From a bacterium (GTDB lineage: Bacteria; Omnitrophota; Gorgyraeia; Velamenicoccales; JABMQK01), in the NCBI GenBank assembly GCA_013203265.1, contig JABMQK010000209.1, positions 1 through 25,009 on the forward strand: a stretch of 25,009 nucleotides of DNA, in the 5' to 3' direction. The stretch's first letter is position 1. The number at the start of each line of letters is the position of its first letter. The notes below the pieces were generated by a model, which was not told where the DNA came from, searched no databases, and saw only the letters and a list, made by a program, of their open reading frames with translations. A program made the translations under genes and the position numbers. Of this stretch, positions 15,421-24,505 are shown one piece after another.

Positions 15421-16632
15421 ATGAAGATTTCTAAAAATAATATTATACCTAAAGGTTTTAAGGTTTGTGGTATTCATTGCGGAATTAAAAAGTCAAAAAA
15501 TAAGGATTTGGGTTTAATTTATTCTCAATTACCTTGTAGTGCCGCAGGCATGTTTACCTCAAATAGGGTACAGGCAGACTCTTTAAAAATTTGTAGAGAA
15601 CATCTCAGTAGTAAAGAAAGCAGAGCTGTAGTGGTTAATAGTGGGAATGCAAATTGTTTTGTCGGCAAAAGAGGATTTCAGGACGCTATATCTATTGTTA
15701 AGACTACAGGAAAATACTTAGGGATTCCTAATAGAAGCATTCTAACTGCTTCAACAGGCATTATTGGTAGGCCTTTGCCTTTAAAGATAATTAAAGAAGC
15801 GATCCCAAAGCTTTGTCAAGGATTGGAGAAAGGTAAACTAAAAGATTTTGCCGAATCTATTTTAACAACTGATACTTTTAAAAAAGTTGTTTCTTTAAAA
15901 CTTAAGATTAAAAATAAGCCAGTTTTGATTACAGGAATTGCAAAGGGCGCAGGCATGGTTTATCCGCATTTACAAGCAACTTCTAAGAGGCATGCTACGA
16001 TGCTGGTATTTATTATGGCAGATATAGCTGTTAAAAAAACTCTACTTGAGGATGCACTAAAAAAGAGTGTTGATAGTTCATTTAACTGTATTACTGTAGA
16101 TGGTTGTATGAGCACTAATGATAGTGTTTTGGTATTAGCGAATGGCGCAGCGAAGAATAAACCTATTGTTAAGAAAGATAAAGGTTTTAAATTATTTTGT
16201 GTAGGCCTATCTCATATTTGTGGTGTTTTAGCTAGAATGATTATTGAAGATGGTGAAGGAGCGACTAGGAGAATAGAGATTTCAGTAAAGACAGCTAAGA
16301 GTATGAAAGAAGCAAAGTTGGCGGCAGAGGCAGTGGCAAATTCTAATTTATTTAAGACGGCTATGTCTTGTGGTAATCCTAATTGGGGTAGAATTGTAGC
16401 AGCAATCGGCGCCGCAGGTATTCCAATTAAAGAAAATAAATTAGAGATATCTTTTAATAGGCAAAGAATTTTTAAGAAAGGTAAAATTTTCTCTATGGGA
16501 TTAAGGAATTCTTTTAGATTTTCGAAAGTTATTTCTGTAGGGATAAAACTTAATAGAGGAAGGTTTAATCATTGTGTTGAGACTTGTGATTTGACAGCGA
16601 ACTACGTCAGGATAAACGCGGGATACAATTAA
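15421..16632 (+). CDS. argJ: Ornithine acetyltransferase / N-acetylglutamate synthase ArgJ
   Basis: AGMFTSN, NSGNAN, STGIIG, ILTTDT, KGAGM...ATML (autocleavage Thr), DGCMSTND, DGEGAT, NWGRI. Confidence 0.96.
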   Translation: MKISKNNIIPKGFKVCGIHCGIKKSKNKDLGLIYSQLPCSAAGMFTSNRVQADSLKICREHLSSKESRAVVVNSGNANCFVGKRGFQDAISIVKTTGKYLGIPNRSILTASTGIIGRPLPLKIIKEAIPKLCQGLEKGKLKDFAESILTTDTFKKVVSLKLKIKNKPVLITGIAKGAGMVYPHLQATSKRHATMLVFIMADIAVKKTLLEDALKKSVDSSFNCITVDGCMSTNDSVLVLANGAAKNKPIVKKDKGFKLFCVGLSHICGVLARMIIEDGEGATRRIEISVKTAKSMKEAKLAAEAVANSNLFKTAMSCGNPNWGRIVAAIGAAGIPIKENKLEISFNRQRIFKKGKIFSMGLRNSFRFSKVISVGIKLNRGRFNHCVETCDLTANYVRINAGYN

Positions 16633-16643
16633 AGAGGTTAATT

Positions 16644-17501
16644 ATGGAAGAGGCTATTAAAAAAGCAGATGTTTTAATTGAGGCTTTACCTTATATTAAG
16701 GAATTTCATAAGAAGATTACAGTAATAAAGTATGGCGGTAGTATCCTCGGTGAAGAAAGAGTAAGGAAAGGCGTATTGGAAGATATTGTATTCTTAAGCT
16801 ATATGGGTTTAAGGCCGGTTCTTGTTCACGGTGGAGGACCTAATATTTCTGATAGGATGCGAAAATCTGGCAAAAAGACTGATTTTGTCGAGGGTATGAG
16901 GGTTACCGATAGAGAAACTTTAAAGATAGTTGAGGAAGAATTAGAAGTGTTAAATAAAGAAATCGTTAAAGAGATAGAGAAACTTGGTGGGAAGGCAAAA
17001 GGTTTCACAAATAATAATTCTATTTTAAAGGTTGAAAAAAAGAAATCAAAAGTTGACTTAGGCTTAGTCGGTAAAATGGCAGAGATTGATACAGAACTGA
17101 TTTTAAAGGAAATATCTCATCATACAATCCCGGTGATAAGCCCTATGGGTAAAGATGCAAAAGGAATTACATACAATATTAATGCCGATGAGGTCGCTTC
17201 TTTTGTAGCTTATACATTGACAGCGATAAAATTCGTTTTACTTACTAATGTAAAAGGAATTATGAGAGATATGGACGATCCAAATTCATTTTTGGCTAGT
17301 ATAAGAAAGGATGAAGTAAAGAAGCTTATTAAAGATAAGGTTATTCAAGAAGGAATGATCCCGAAAATAGAAGCATGTTTTAGGGCAATAGACGGTGGGG
17401 TAAAAAAAGCTCATATTATTGATGCGAAAATACCTCACGCTCTATTGTTAGAGATTTTTACAGATAAAGGTATTGGTACAGAGATAGCCAAAGATTTATA
17501 A
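16644..17501 (+). CDS. argB: Acetylglutamate kinase
   Basis: LIEALPYI, VIKYGGS, LVHGGGP, GMRVTD, NINADEVA, GMIPKIEAC, EIFTDKGIGT. Confidence 0.97.
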   Translation: MEEAIKKADVLIEALPYIKEFHKKITVIKYGGSILGEERVRKGVLEDIVFLSYMGLRPVLVHGGGPNISDRMRKSGKKTDFVEGMRVTDRETLKIVEEELEVLNKEIVKEIEKLGGKAKGFTNNNSILKVEKKKSKVDLGLVGKMAEIDTELILKEISHHTIPVISPMGKDAKGITYNINADEVASFVAYTLTAIKFVLLTNVKGIMRDMDDPNSFLASIRKDEVKKLIKDKVIQEGMIPKIEACFRAIDGGVKKAHIIDAKIPHALLLEIFTDKGIGTEIAKDL

Positions 17502-17507
17502 TTCGAT

Positions 17508-18695
17508 ATGAAAAAACAGGATATATTTAGAGTTTATCAGGATTGTATCTTAAATACTTATACTCGTGTGCCTAAAATATTTGTCAAAGGCAAGGGTATG
17601 AATTTGTTTGATATTGACGGAAAGAAGTATTTGGATTTTTTTCCTGGCTGGGGAGTGGCTAATGTAGGGCATTGTCATCCTAAGGTAATGTCAGCGATTA
17701 GGGATCAGGTATCAAAGTTAATACATATACCAAATAATTTTTATCACATACAGCAGGCGAAGTTAGCCAAGGAGTTAATTTATCATACATTTCCAGGCAA
17801 GGTATTCTTTTGTAATTCTGGAACCGAGGCTAATGAAGCAGCGATTAAATTTGCTAGGGTCTATGGCGCTGGAAAAAGGTTTGAGATTATTACTTTTGAA
17901 AATTCTTTTCACGGAAGGACTCTAGGTTCTTTAGCGGCTACTGGCCAAAAGAGATATCAAGATGGTTTCGCGCCGCTACCTACTGGTTTTAAGACAATAA
18001 AATTTAACAGTTTGCCAGTTTTAGAGAGAGGTGTTACTGAGAATACTGTGGCAATTATGTTAGAGTTGGTTCAAGGTGAAGGCGGTATCAATGTAGCCGA
18101 TAGATCTTATATTTATAAGATTCGGGAGATTTGTAACAAAAAAAATATTCTAATGATTGTTGATGAGGTCCAGACTGGGATGGGTAGGACTGGAAAGATG
18201 TTTGCCTTTCAAAACTACGACATAAAACCTGATATCATTACTTTAGCCAAGGCGTTAGGCGGAGGTTTGCCGATAGGGGCGATGATTGTAAAAAAAGATA
18301 TCGCAGATACGTTTAAACCCGGAATGCACGCTTCTACTTTTGGCGGCGGCCTGGTTATTTGTAAAGCTGCCTTGGGTGTCTTCAGGGGCATACAGAAAGA
18401 TAAAATGCTCAAAAATGCACAAAAGATGTCTAATTATATTTTTGACAGATTAGATGCGATGAAGGAAAAATATAAAATCATCAAAACGGTTAGAGGTATA
18501 GGGTTGATGATTGGAATTGAACTGAGCGTTGAGGGTAAAGGTATAGCAGAGGAGTGTTTAAAGAGGGGCCTGATTATTAATTGCACCCACAATACAGTTT
18601 TAAGACTAATGCCGGCTTTAAATGTTACTAAAAAACAGATTGATAAGGCCTTGCATATTTTAGGAAAGGCCTTGCTAAAATTTTCGCAAAAATGA
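17508..18695 (+). CDS. argD: Acetylornithine aminotransferase (class III PLP)
   Basis: FFCNSGTEANE, SFHGRT, ELVQGEGG, DEVQTGMGRTG, AKALGGGLPIG (PLP Lys), STFGG. Confidence 0.95.
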   Translation: MKKQDIFRVYQDCILNTYTRVPKIFVKGKGMNLFDIDGKKYLDFFPGWGVANVGHCHPKVMSAIRDQVSKLIHIPNNFYHIQQAKLAKELIYHTFPGKVFFCNSGTEANEAAIKFARVYGAGKRFEIITFENSFHGRTLGSLAATGQKRYQDGFAPLPTGFKTIKFNSLPVLERGVTENTVAIMLELVQGEGGINVADRSYIYKIREICNKKNILMIVDEVQTGMGRTGKMFAFQNYDIKPDIITLAKALGGGLPIGAMIVKKDIADTFKPGMHASTFGGGLVICKAALGVFRGIQKDKMLKNAQKMSNYIFDRLDAMKEKYKIIKTVRGIGLMIGIELSVEGKGIAEECLKRGLIINCTHNTVLRLMPALNVTKKQIDKALHILGKALLKFSQK

Positions 18696-19624
18696 AAATA
18701 ATGAATAAAGATTTTCTTACAATAAAAAATTTAGATACTCAGGATATCAAATCTATCTTTTCTTTGACCAATGATTTAAAGAAAGATAAAGAGAAATTTT
18801 CTGATTCGTTAAAGGGAAAATCTATTGCTCTTATTTTTCAGAAACCATCCAATAGGACGAGGGTTTCTTTTGAGGTGGGAATTTTTCAGCTGGGTGGACA
18901 TGCGATATACCTTAAACCAGAAGACCTCAATTTAGGTATTAGAGAGTCTATTGAAGATATATCGAAGACACTCTCGAGATATTTAGATGCTATTGTAGTG
19001 AGAACATTTAGCCATCAAATCGTTTTGGAATTAGCTAAGTATGCTGATATCGCGGTTATTAATGGTTTAAGTGATTTACTGCATCCTTGTCAGGCGCTTT
19101 CGGATGTATTTACCATACAGGAGAAATGTGGAAAGTTAAAGGGTATTACTTTTGCATATGTTGGAGATGGCAATAATGTTTGCCATTCGCTTATGTATGC
19201 TGCGGCTAAAATAGGAATGAATTTAAATATTGCGACTCCAAACAAATATTCACCCAAGAAAGAGATTATACAAGAAGCATTAGATATTGCTAAGAAAACA
19301 GGTGCGGTGATTTCATTATCTAATAATCCTAAAGATGCAGTTGGAGATAGTGATGTTATTTATACTGATGTCTGGACTAGTATGGGTAAAGAGAAAGAGG
19401 CTTGGAAGAGAAAAATGGCTTTTGGAAAATTTCAGGTCAATAAGGAATTACTGAGTTTAGCTAAGTCTTCAGCATTGATTATGCATTGTCTACCAGCGCA
19501 TAGAGGCCAAGAGATAACTGATGAGATCATAGATGGTCCTAATTCTATTGTTTTTGATCAGGCAGAGAATAGGTTACATGTTCAGAAAGCGATTTTACTT
19601 GCTTTGCTTGGGGGTATCAAATGA
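18692..19624 (+). CDS. argF: Ornithine carbamoyltransferase
   Basis: KPSNRTRVSFE (SxRT), HPCQALSD, GDGNNV, DVWTSMG, MHCLPAHRG, QAENR. Confidence 0.96.
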   Translation: MKIMNKDFLTIKNLDTQDIKSIFSLTNDLKKDKEKFSDSLKGKSIALIFQKPSNRTRVSFEVGIFQLGGHAIYLKPEDLNLGIRESIEDISKTLSRYLDAIVVRTFSHQIVLELAKYADIAVINGLSDLLHPCQALSDVFTIQEKCGKLKGITFAYVGDGNNVCHSLMYAAAKIGMNLNIATPNKYSPKKEIIQEALDIAKKTGAVISLSNNPKDAVGDSDVIYTDVWTSMGKEKEAWKRKMAFGKFQVNKELLSLAKSSALIMHCLPAHRGQEITDEIIDGPNSIVFDQAENRLHVQKAILLALLGGIK

Positions 19625-20790
19625 GAAAGGTTATTTTGGCTTATTCTGGGGGATTAGATACTGCCTGTTGTGTGAAGTGGCTTTCTGATAGAGGCTTTGA
19701 AGTCATTTGTTTTATGGCAGATTTAGGTCAGCCACATGACTTTGCGCCTGCAAAGAAAAGGGCAAAAGTAGCAGGTGTTTCCAAGATTTACATTAAAGAT
19801 TTAAGACAGGAGTTCATAAGAGATTTTATCTGGCCAGCCTTAAAAGCAAATGCCATTTATGAAGAAAAATATACCCTTGCTACAGCTTTAGGTAGGCCAT
19901 TAATCGCTAAATATTTAGTCGATGTAGCACATAAAGAAAAAGCTCATTATATTGCTCACGGATGTACAGGCAAAGGCAATGACCAGCTAAGGATTGAAGT
20001 TAGCTCTATGATTTTAGATCATAAATTAGAAATAATCGCTCCTTTAAGAATTTGGGAATTTAAGACTAGGGAAGAGGAAATTAGATATTTAGCAAAACAT
20101 AAAATTCCTATAGATGTGACCAAGAAAAAACTCTATAGCATTGATGAGAATATTTGGGGAATAAGCATTGAATGTGGCGTTTTGGAAGATCCCTGGAGAG
20201 AGCCTCCACATAATGCTTATCGGCTTACAGCATCGCTTGCTAGTGCTAAGTCAAAACAAGTTTATTTAACAATTGGCTTTAAAGCTGGAGTCCCAGTTGA
20301 AATTAATGGGAAAAAATATCCTGCTTCGGATTTGATTAAGAAATTAAACGCTATTGCAGGTGCCTTTGGCATTGGCAGGACGGATTTGGTGGAGAATAGG
20401 CTCATCGGCATAAAATCTCGGGAGATATATGAAGCCCCTGCAGCTCATCTTTTGATTGCCGCACATAAGGAGATTGAGAGTTTAGTTTTAGATAGGGAGG
20501 TCGCGCATAAAAAGCAGAAGATCGCCTTAGATTATGCAGATATTATTTATTACGGGCTTTGGTTTACGCCACAAAAGAAGAAATTGGATAATTTTATTAA
20601 CAAAACGCAAAAGAATGTTACAGGGACTGTTAGATTAAAACTATTTAAGGGCGGATTTTATTGTGTTGGAAGAAAATCGCCTTATTCTCTATATAAAAAA
20701 GAATTGGCGACTTATGGTAAAGGCGATAAGTTTGATCATTCAAAGGCCAAAGGGTTTATTAAAAATTGGGCAAGACCATATTTAAAATAA
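19621..20790 (+). CDS. argG: Argininosuccinate synthase
   Basis: LAYSGGLDT, LATALGRP, AHGCTGKGNDQ, YSIDENIWG, ENRLIGIKSREIYEAP. Confidence 0.98.
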   Translation: MRKVILAYSGGLDTACCVKWLSDRGFEVICFMADLGQPHDFAPAKKRAKVAGVSKIYIKDLRQEFIRDFIWPALKANAIYEEKYTLATALGRPLIAKYLVDVAHKEKAHYIAHGCTGKGNDQLRIEVSSMILDHKLEIIAPLRIWEFKTREEEIRYLAKHKIPIDVTKKKLYSIDENIWGISIECGVLEDPWREPPHNAYRLTASLASAKSKQVYLTIGFKAGVPVEINGKKYPASDLIKKLNAIAGAFGIGRTDLVENRLIGIKSREIYEAPAAHLLIAAHKEIESLVLDREVAHKKQKIALDYADIIYYGLWFTPQKKKLDNFINKTQKNVTGTVRLKLFKGGFYCVGRKSPYSLYKKELATYGKGDKFDHSKAKGFIKNWARPYLK

Positions 20791-20809
20791 TTTATAAAGA
20801 GAGGTAATT

Positions 20810-22168
20810 ATGGCTAAGAAATTATGGGGTGGAAGATTTAGCAAGAAGACCAATCCATTGGTTGAAGAATTTACATCCTCAATTTCCGTAGATAAAGAAT
20901 TGGCTTTCTACGATGTGATTGGTTCTATTTTACATATAGCTGTTCTCAAAGAAGCTGGATTAGTTTCTAAGGTCGAATATAGTAAAATCGATAGAGCTTT
21001 AAAAGAAATTAAGAAAAGTATTGAATCCGGGAATTTCAAAGTTGATGACAAATCTGAGGATATCCATTCAGATATACAAAATAAGTTGGAAAATAAAATT
21101 GGAAAAGTCGCTATGAAGCTACATACAGCTAGGTCGAGAAATGATCAGGTTGTTTTTGATGTAAAATTTTATTCTGGGCAATCATGTGCAGATGTTGTTA
21201 CATTGATAGCCGAGTTAGCAAAGACGATTTTAAATTTTTCCAACAAAGTTAAAAAGATCAACATCCCAGGATATACTCATCTTCAGCACGCACAGCCTGT
21301 TAGTTTAGCAAATTATTTTTTGTCTTATTATGAAATGTTGATGAGGGATGGGAATAGGATAGTTAGTTTCGGGGATAGGATAAAATTATCATTAGGTTCT
21401 GGAGCTTTAGCTGGAACAGTGATAGATGTTAGTAAATACAACAAGGCTATAACTAGTGCCTGTAAGAAACTAGGACTTAAGTTTGGAGAGCAGATTTTTT
21501 CTGTAGATAACAGTATTGATAATGTTAGCGATAGAGATTTTGTTATTGAGGCGTTGAGCGCTTTGGCGATTATAGGTATGCACCTTTCCAGATTAGCGGA
21601 AGATTTAATTATCTGGTCGACTTCCGAATTTGGATTTATTGAACTCGACGATGCATTTTGCACAGGTAGTTCCTTAATGCCACAGAAGAAGAATCCAGAC
21701 GTCTTAGAGTTAATCAGAGGCAATACAGGTAAACTTTATGGAAACTTAATGTCTGTTTTAGTTATGATGAAAGGTTTGCCTTTAGCTTATAATAGGGATA
21801 TGCAGTTGGATAAAGAGCCTTTATTTAGTTCATTTAAAATAATCAAAGATGAATTGAAAATTTTGTCAAAATTAATACCAAAGATTAAAATTAATGAAAG
21901 CAATATTAATGAGCAACTTAAGGATGAATCTTTATATGCAACGGACATAGCGCATTATCTTGTTACAAAAGGGATAGCTTTTAAAGAGGCGCATAAGATT
22001 ATTGGAAATTTAGTAAGATTTTCTTTGAATAATAAAATCAAAATAAAAGATATGACAAATGAGCAGTTGAATAAATTCAGTCAGTTTCTTAATCAAAAGA
22101 TTATTAATAAATTAATGGATCCGGTTTATTCTGTAAAATCAAAGAAATCGATTAGAAAGAAACAATAA
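20810..22168 (+). CDS. argH: Argininosuccinate lyase
   Basis: KLWGGRF, EDIH, HTARSRNDQ, PGYTHLQHAQP, GSSLMPQKKNPD, PLAYNRDMQLDK. Confidence 0.98.
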   Translation: MAKKLWGGRFSKKTNPLVEEFTSSISVDKELAFYDVIGSILHIAVLKEAGLVSKVEYSKIDRALKEIKKSIESGNFKVDDKSEDIHSDIQNKLENKIGKVAMKLHTARSRNDQVVFDVKFYSGQSCADVVTLIAELAKTILNFSNKVKKINIPGYTHLQHAQPVSLANYFLSYYEMLMRDGNRIVSFGDRIKLSLGSGALAGTVIDVSKYNKAITSACKKLGLKFGEQIFSVDNSIDNVSDRDFVIEALSALAIIGMHLSRLAEDLIIWSTSEFGFIELDDAFCTGSSLMPQKKNPDVLELIRGNTGKLYGNLMSVLVMMKGLPLAYNRDMQLDKEPLFSSFKIIKDELKILSKLIPKIKINESNINEQLKDESLYATDIAHYLVTKGIAFKEAHKIIGNLVRFSLNNKIKIKDMTNEQLNKFSQFLNQKIINKLMDPVYSVKSKKSIRKKQ

Positions 22169-22173
22169 AACAT

Positions 22174-23430
22174 ATGCATTATTTTACATACAAAGATAAT
22201 AATTTGTATTGCGAAGATGTAAAGGTAGGCGATATCGTAGAGAAGTTTGGTTCACCTTGTTATGTCTACAGTTACCGGACTTTAATTGAGCACTTTAGAA
22301 AGTTAAAGAGTGCTTTTAGCGCGGTAAAACCTCTGATTTGTTATTCTGTTAAGGCTAATTCTAATCTGGCAATTTGCAAGGCATTGGTTAATGAAGGCGC
22401 GGGTTTAGACGTTGTTTCTGGAGGCGAACTCTACAGAGCATTAAAGATAAAGACGAATCCAAAAAAGATAGTATTTGCAGGTGTGGGAAAAACCGATAAA
22501 GAAATTAGGGGAGCTATCAAGGCAGGGATTTTGTTTTTTAATGTTGAGTCAGAAGCAGAGATGCAGCGTCTGCATGAGATTTCTATTAGATTAAGAAGGT
22601 CTATTAATGTGTGCTTAAGGGTAAATCCCGAGGTAGATCCCCATACACACAGGTATATAAAAACAGCCAAAAAAGAAAGTAAGTTTGGTTTAAGTTTTTC
22701 TGCAGCAAGATTCATCTTAATTAATAAAGTAAGATTTTTTAATGTTCATATAAAGGGGCTGCATATTCATATTGGCTCACAAATAACAGAAGCCAGGCCA
22801 TATATCCAGGCAATAAAAAAAGTAAGCACCTTTATAAAAGAGATGAATAGTGCAGGAGTTAAATTAGAATATTTAAATATCGGCGGAGGAATGGGTATTA
22901 ACTATAAGAATGAAAAGGCGCAAACTCCAAAGGTCTTTGCTAAAGCGATAGTTCCTTTACTTAAAAAGACAGGGCTTAAGATTATTTTGGAGCCCGGCAG
23001 GTTTATTGTGGGTAGTGCAGGAATTTTAGTTTCGAGAGTCACTTTTGTCAAAGAGACAGGATCAAAGAATTTTTTAATCTTAGATAGTGGCATGAACGAT
23101 TTGATTCGTCCCAGTTTATATGAGGCTTATCACGAGATTGTGGCGCTGCACAAAAGACCTAAGTCCAGACAAAAGAAATACGATATCGTTGGTCCGATTT
23201 GTGAGAGTGGAGACTTTTTAGCAAAAGATAGATTGATGCCTCAAATAAGATCAGGTGAATACTTGGCGATAATGTGTTCGGGCGCTTATGGTTTTAGTAT
23301 GAGCTCAAATTACAATTCTCGTCCTAGAGCAACTGAGGTTTTAGTTAAAGGAGCGGGTTTCTTTTTAGTAAGAGCTAGAGAATCTTATTTGGATTTAATA
23401 AAGAAAGAAAAGTTTCCTTGGTTTTTGTAA
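22174..23430 (+). CDS. lysA: Diaminopimelate decarboxylase
   Basis: YSVKANSN (PLP Lys), DVVSGGE, HIHIGSQ, EPGRF, GPICESGD, GAYG, YNSRPR. Confidence 0.98.
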   Translation: MHYFTYKDNNLYCEDVKVGDIVEKFGSPCYVYSYRTLIEHFRKLKSAFSAVKPLICYSVKANSNLAICKALVNEGAGLDVVSGGELYRALKIKTNPKKIVFAGVGKTDKEIRGAIKAGILFFNVESEAEMQRLHEISIRLRRSINVCLRVNPEVDPHTHRYIKTAKKESKFGLSFSAARFILINKVRFFNVHIKGLHIHIGSQITEARPYIQAIKKVSTFIKEMNSAGVKLEYLNIGGGMGINYKNEKAQTPKVFAKAIVPLLKKTGLKIILEPGRFIVGSAGILVSRVTFVKETGSKNFLILDSGMNDLIRPSLYEAYHEIVALHKRPKSRQKKYDIVGPICESGDFLAKDRLMPQIRSGEYLAIMCSGAYGFSMSSNYNSRPRATEVLVKGAGFFLVRARESYLDLIKKEKFPWFL

Positions 23431-23433
23431 ATT

Positions 23434-24303
23434 GTGATTACAATGGTTAAGAAGAGCAACAAATTGAATTTCACAAAATTAGTTGCAAGTGGAAATGATT
23501 TTGTCCTCCTAGATTTAAGAGGTCAAAAAAAGCACTTAAATCTAGGGGCAATTGCGAAGAAACTTTGCAATCGAAAATTAGGGATTGGCGCAGATGGTCT
23601 GCTCGTTTTAGAAAGATCAAAAAGAGCCAATGTTAAAATGCGCATATTCAATCCAGACGGCTCTGAGGCAGAGATGTGCGGTAACGGAGCAAGATGTGTA
23701 GGTTATTTTATAAAAAATACAAAGCCCGCTGTCAAAGGTCAGATTAAAATCAGAACCAAAGCCGGAATCTTAAATGCTCAAGTAAGCAAAAATAATGTAA
23801 GAGTAAATATGACTGATCCCAAGAATATTAGATTAGATTCAGTTGTTAAGTTAAATAAACATTCTCTACGATTTAATTTCATCAACACAGGTGTACCTCA
23901 TACAGTAATTTTATGTGAAGGAATTGAAAGGATAGATGTTGATGCTTTAGGAAGGTTAATTAGATATCACAAGAGATTTAAGCCGAAAGGAACCAATGTG
24001 GATTTTATTGAACCCAGAGCATTAAACAACATTAGAATTAGAACATATGAAAGAGGGGTTGAAGAGGAAACATTAGCTTGTGGCACAGGAGCTGTTGCGG
24101 CAGCGGTTATTTATGTGTTGAAATTAAGGCAGTCTGGTTTAATAAGAGAAAATAAGTTATGTGTAAATGTTGATACAATTTCAGGTGAGATGCTGAAGGT
24201 ATTCTTTAATGTGATTAAAAATAAAATAAAAAATGTCTGGTTAGAAGGAAAAGCAGAGATAATTTGTGAGGGTCAAATGAAGCTCAAACTTATGGAGCGA
24301 TAG
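23434..24303 (+). CDS. dapF: Diaminopimelate epimerase (start GTG 23434 or ATG 23443)
   Basis: GNDF, GIGADG, NPDGSEAEMCGNG, TGVPH, TNVDF, TYERGVEEETLACGTG (both catalytic Cys). The last ~9 codons overlap the composite repeat. Confidence 0.97.
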   Translation: MITMVKKSNKLNFTKLVASGNDFVLLDLRGQKKHLNLGAIAKKLCNRKLGIGADGLLVLERSKRANVKMRIFNPDGSEAEMCGNGARCVGYFIKNTKPAVKGQIKIRTKAGILNAQVSKNNVRVNMTDPKNIRLDSVVKLNKHSLRFNFINTGVPHTVILCEGIERIDVDALGRLIRYHKRFKPKGTNVDFIEPRALNNIRIRTYERGVEEETLACGTGAVAAAVIYVLKLRQSGLIRENKLCVNVDTISGEMLKVFFNVIKNKIKNVWLEGKAEIICEGQMKLKLMER

Positions 24304-24501
24304 CGAACATAAGTTTGTTAGCTGAATTTGACCCCCCACCACTTTTTATTAGACATCGTTCATTAAAAGTGGTGGGGGGTTTAATTCGCACAGTGACTTA
24401 TGTCTTTCGACCACGCTCAGGACATAATCCTGAGTTTATCGAAGGATTATGTTTACTCACTTTGTTCGTTCCATAAGTCACGTGCTCATTAAAAGGGGGA
24501 G
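24272..24501. mobile_element. Composite three-stem palindromic element (MITE/REP-like), copy 2
   Basis: Stem 1 CAAACTTATG (24285-24294) / CATAAGTTTG (24308-24317); stem 2 GAATTTGACCCCCCACCACTTTT (24324-24346) / AAAAGTGGTGGGGGGTTTAATTC (24365-24387); stem 3 GTGACTTATG (24393-24402) / CATAAGTCAC (24472-24481). Same skeleton as 1788-2032. Confidence 0.7.
24404..24446. repeat. REP-like hairpin (TTCGAC...GCTCAGG family) nested in stem 3 of the composite element
   Basis: CTTTCGACCACGCTCAGG-acataa-TCCTGAGTTTATCGAAGGA, flanked on both sides by TTATGT (24398-24403 and 24447-24452). Confidence 0.85.
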
Positions 24502-24505
24502 TGTT

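Noticed and set aside
18841-18870. ArgF SNRT instead of STRT, suggesting an unusual transcarbamylase
   Set aside because: SMG and HCLP ornithine-binding motifs are intact and the context is a standard arg operon.
21419-21508. ArgH segment about 10 aa longer than usual before NSIDNVSDRDF
   Set aside because: No palindrome or heptamer signature in the DNA; likely ordinary loop variation.
302-23093. All minus-strand ORFs in the track and short alternative-frame + ORFs (e.g. 5548-5754)
   Set aside because: They are shadows of well-supported + strand genes, with no recognisable motifs.
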